Source: Bacillota bacterium (GTDB lineage: Bacteria > Bacillota > DTU025). From it: a DNA stretch of 64,000 nt. The notes under the pieces are model-generated. The model saw only the letters and a program-made list of their open reading frames with translations. It had not been told where the DNA came from and searched no databases. The position numbers were made by a program, and so were the translations under genes. Positions 63,975-64,000 of this stretch are shown in pieces (position 1 is the stretch's first letter; each line of letters starts with the position of its first letter). The stretch is taken from NCBI GenBank assembly GCA_050951805.1, contig JBMNJT010000008.1, forward strand, positions 288,001 through 352,000, in the 5' to 3' direction.

Positions 63975-64000
63975 GCTTGCCTGCTCTGTGGTGCTATTTG

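Noticed and set aside
1-64000. Numerous antisense and alternate-frame ORFs in the supplied track (e.g. 2071..2589, 13647..14375, 22919..23725, 42795..43649)
   Set aside because: Shadows of well-supported genes on the opposite strand or frame.

Overview
The window has two parts. Bases 1 to about 37.7 kb are the right-hand part of an AT-richer, Clostridia-type prophage-like element with a phi-m46.1-like gene set. It contains the distal half of a type 3 BREX operon (pglXI 3' end, brxHII, pglZ, brxA), an IS21, a cos-like region, terS, two ParB-methyltransferases, an amidoligase/GGCT module, terL, an RHH+HNH moron, and HK97-type portal/protease/capsid/connector/closure genes. These are followed directly by holins and an endolysin with no tail genes, then three disrupted serine recombinases (IS256, IS21, frameshifts) and a defence-like cargo block. 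The element ends at a displaced rlmD/rumA 3' end (attR). Bases 37.7-64 kb are GC-richer host chromosome with many pseudogenes: DegV, a flavinylation cluster (Gx transporter, NusG-II, decayed FMN-binding protein, ApbE), a Tyr-specific T-box riboswitch driving a tyrosine phenol-lyase-type enzyme, an outer-membrane beta-barrel-like protein, ANT(6), an Fpg/Nei-like protein, toxin-antitoxin modules, an IS, a tRNA 3' fragment, a fluoride riboswitch, and a LytTR/GHKL two-component system with a heterodimeric ABC exporter. The top leads are (1) a starvation-sensing Tyr T-box on a normally catabolic TPL-type enzyme, suggesting tyrosine synthesis from scavenged phenol, and (2) a tail-less, capsid-forming, lysis-competent element in an apparently diderm host. 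All family calls are from motif recognition by eye; no database searches were run.
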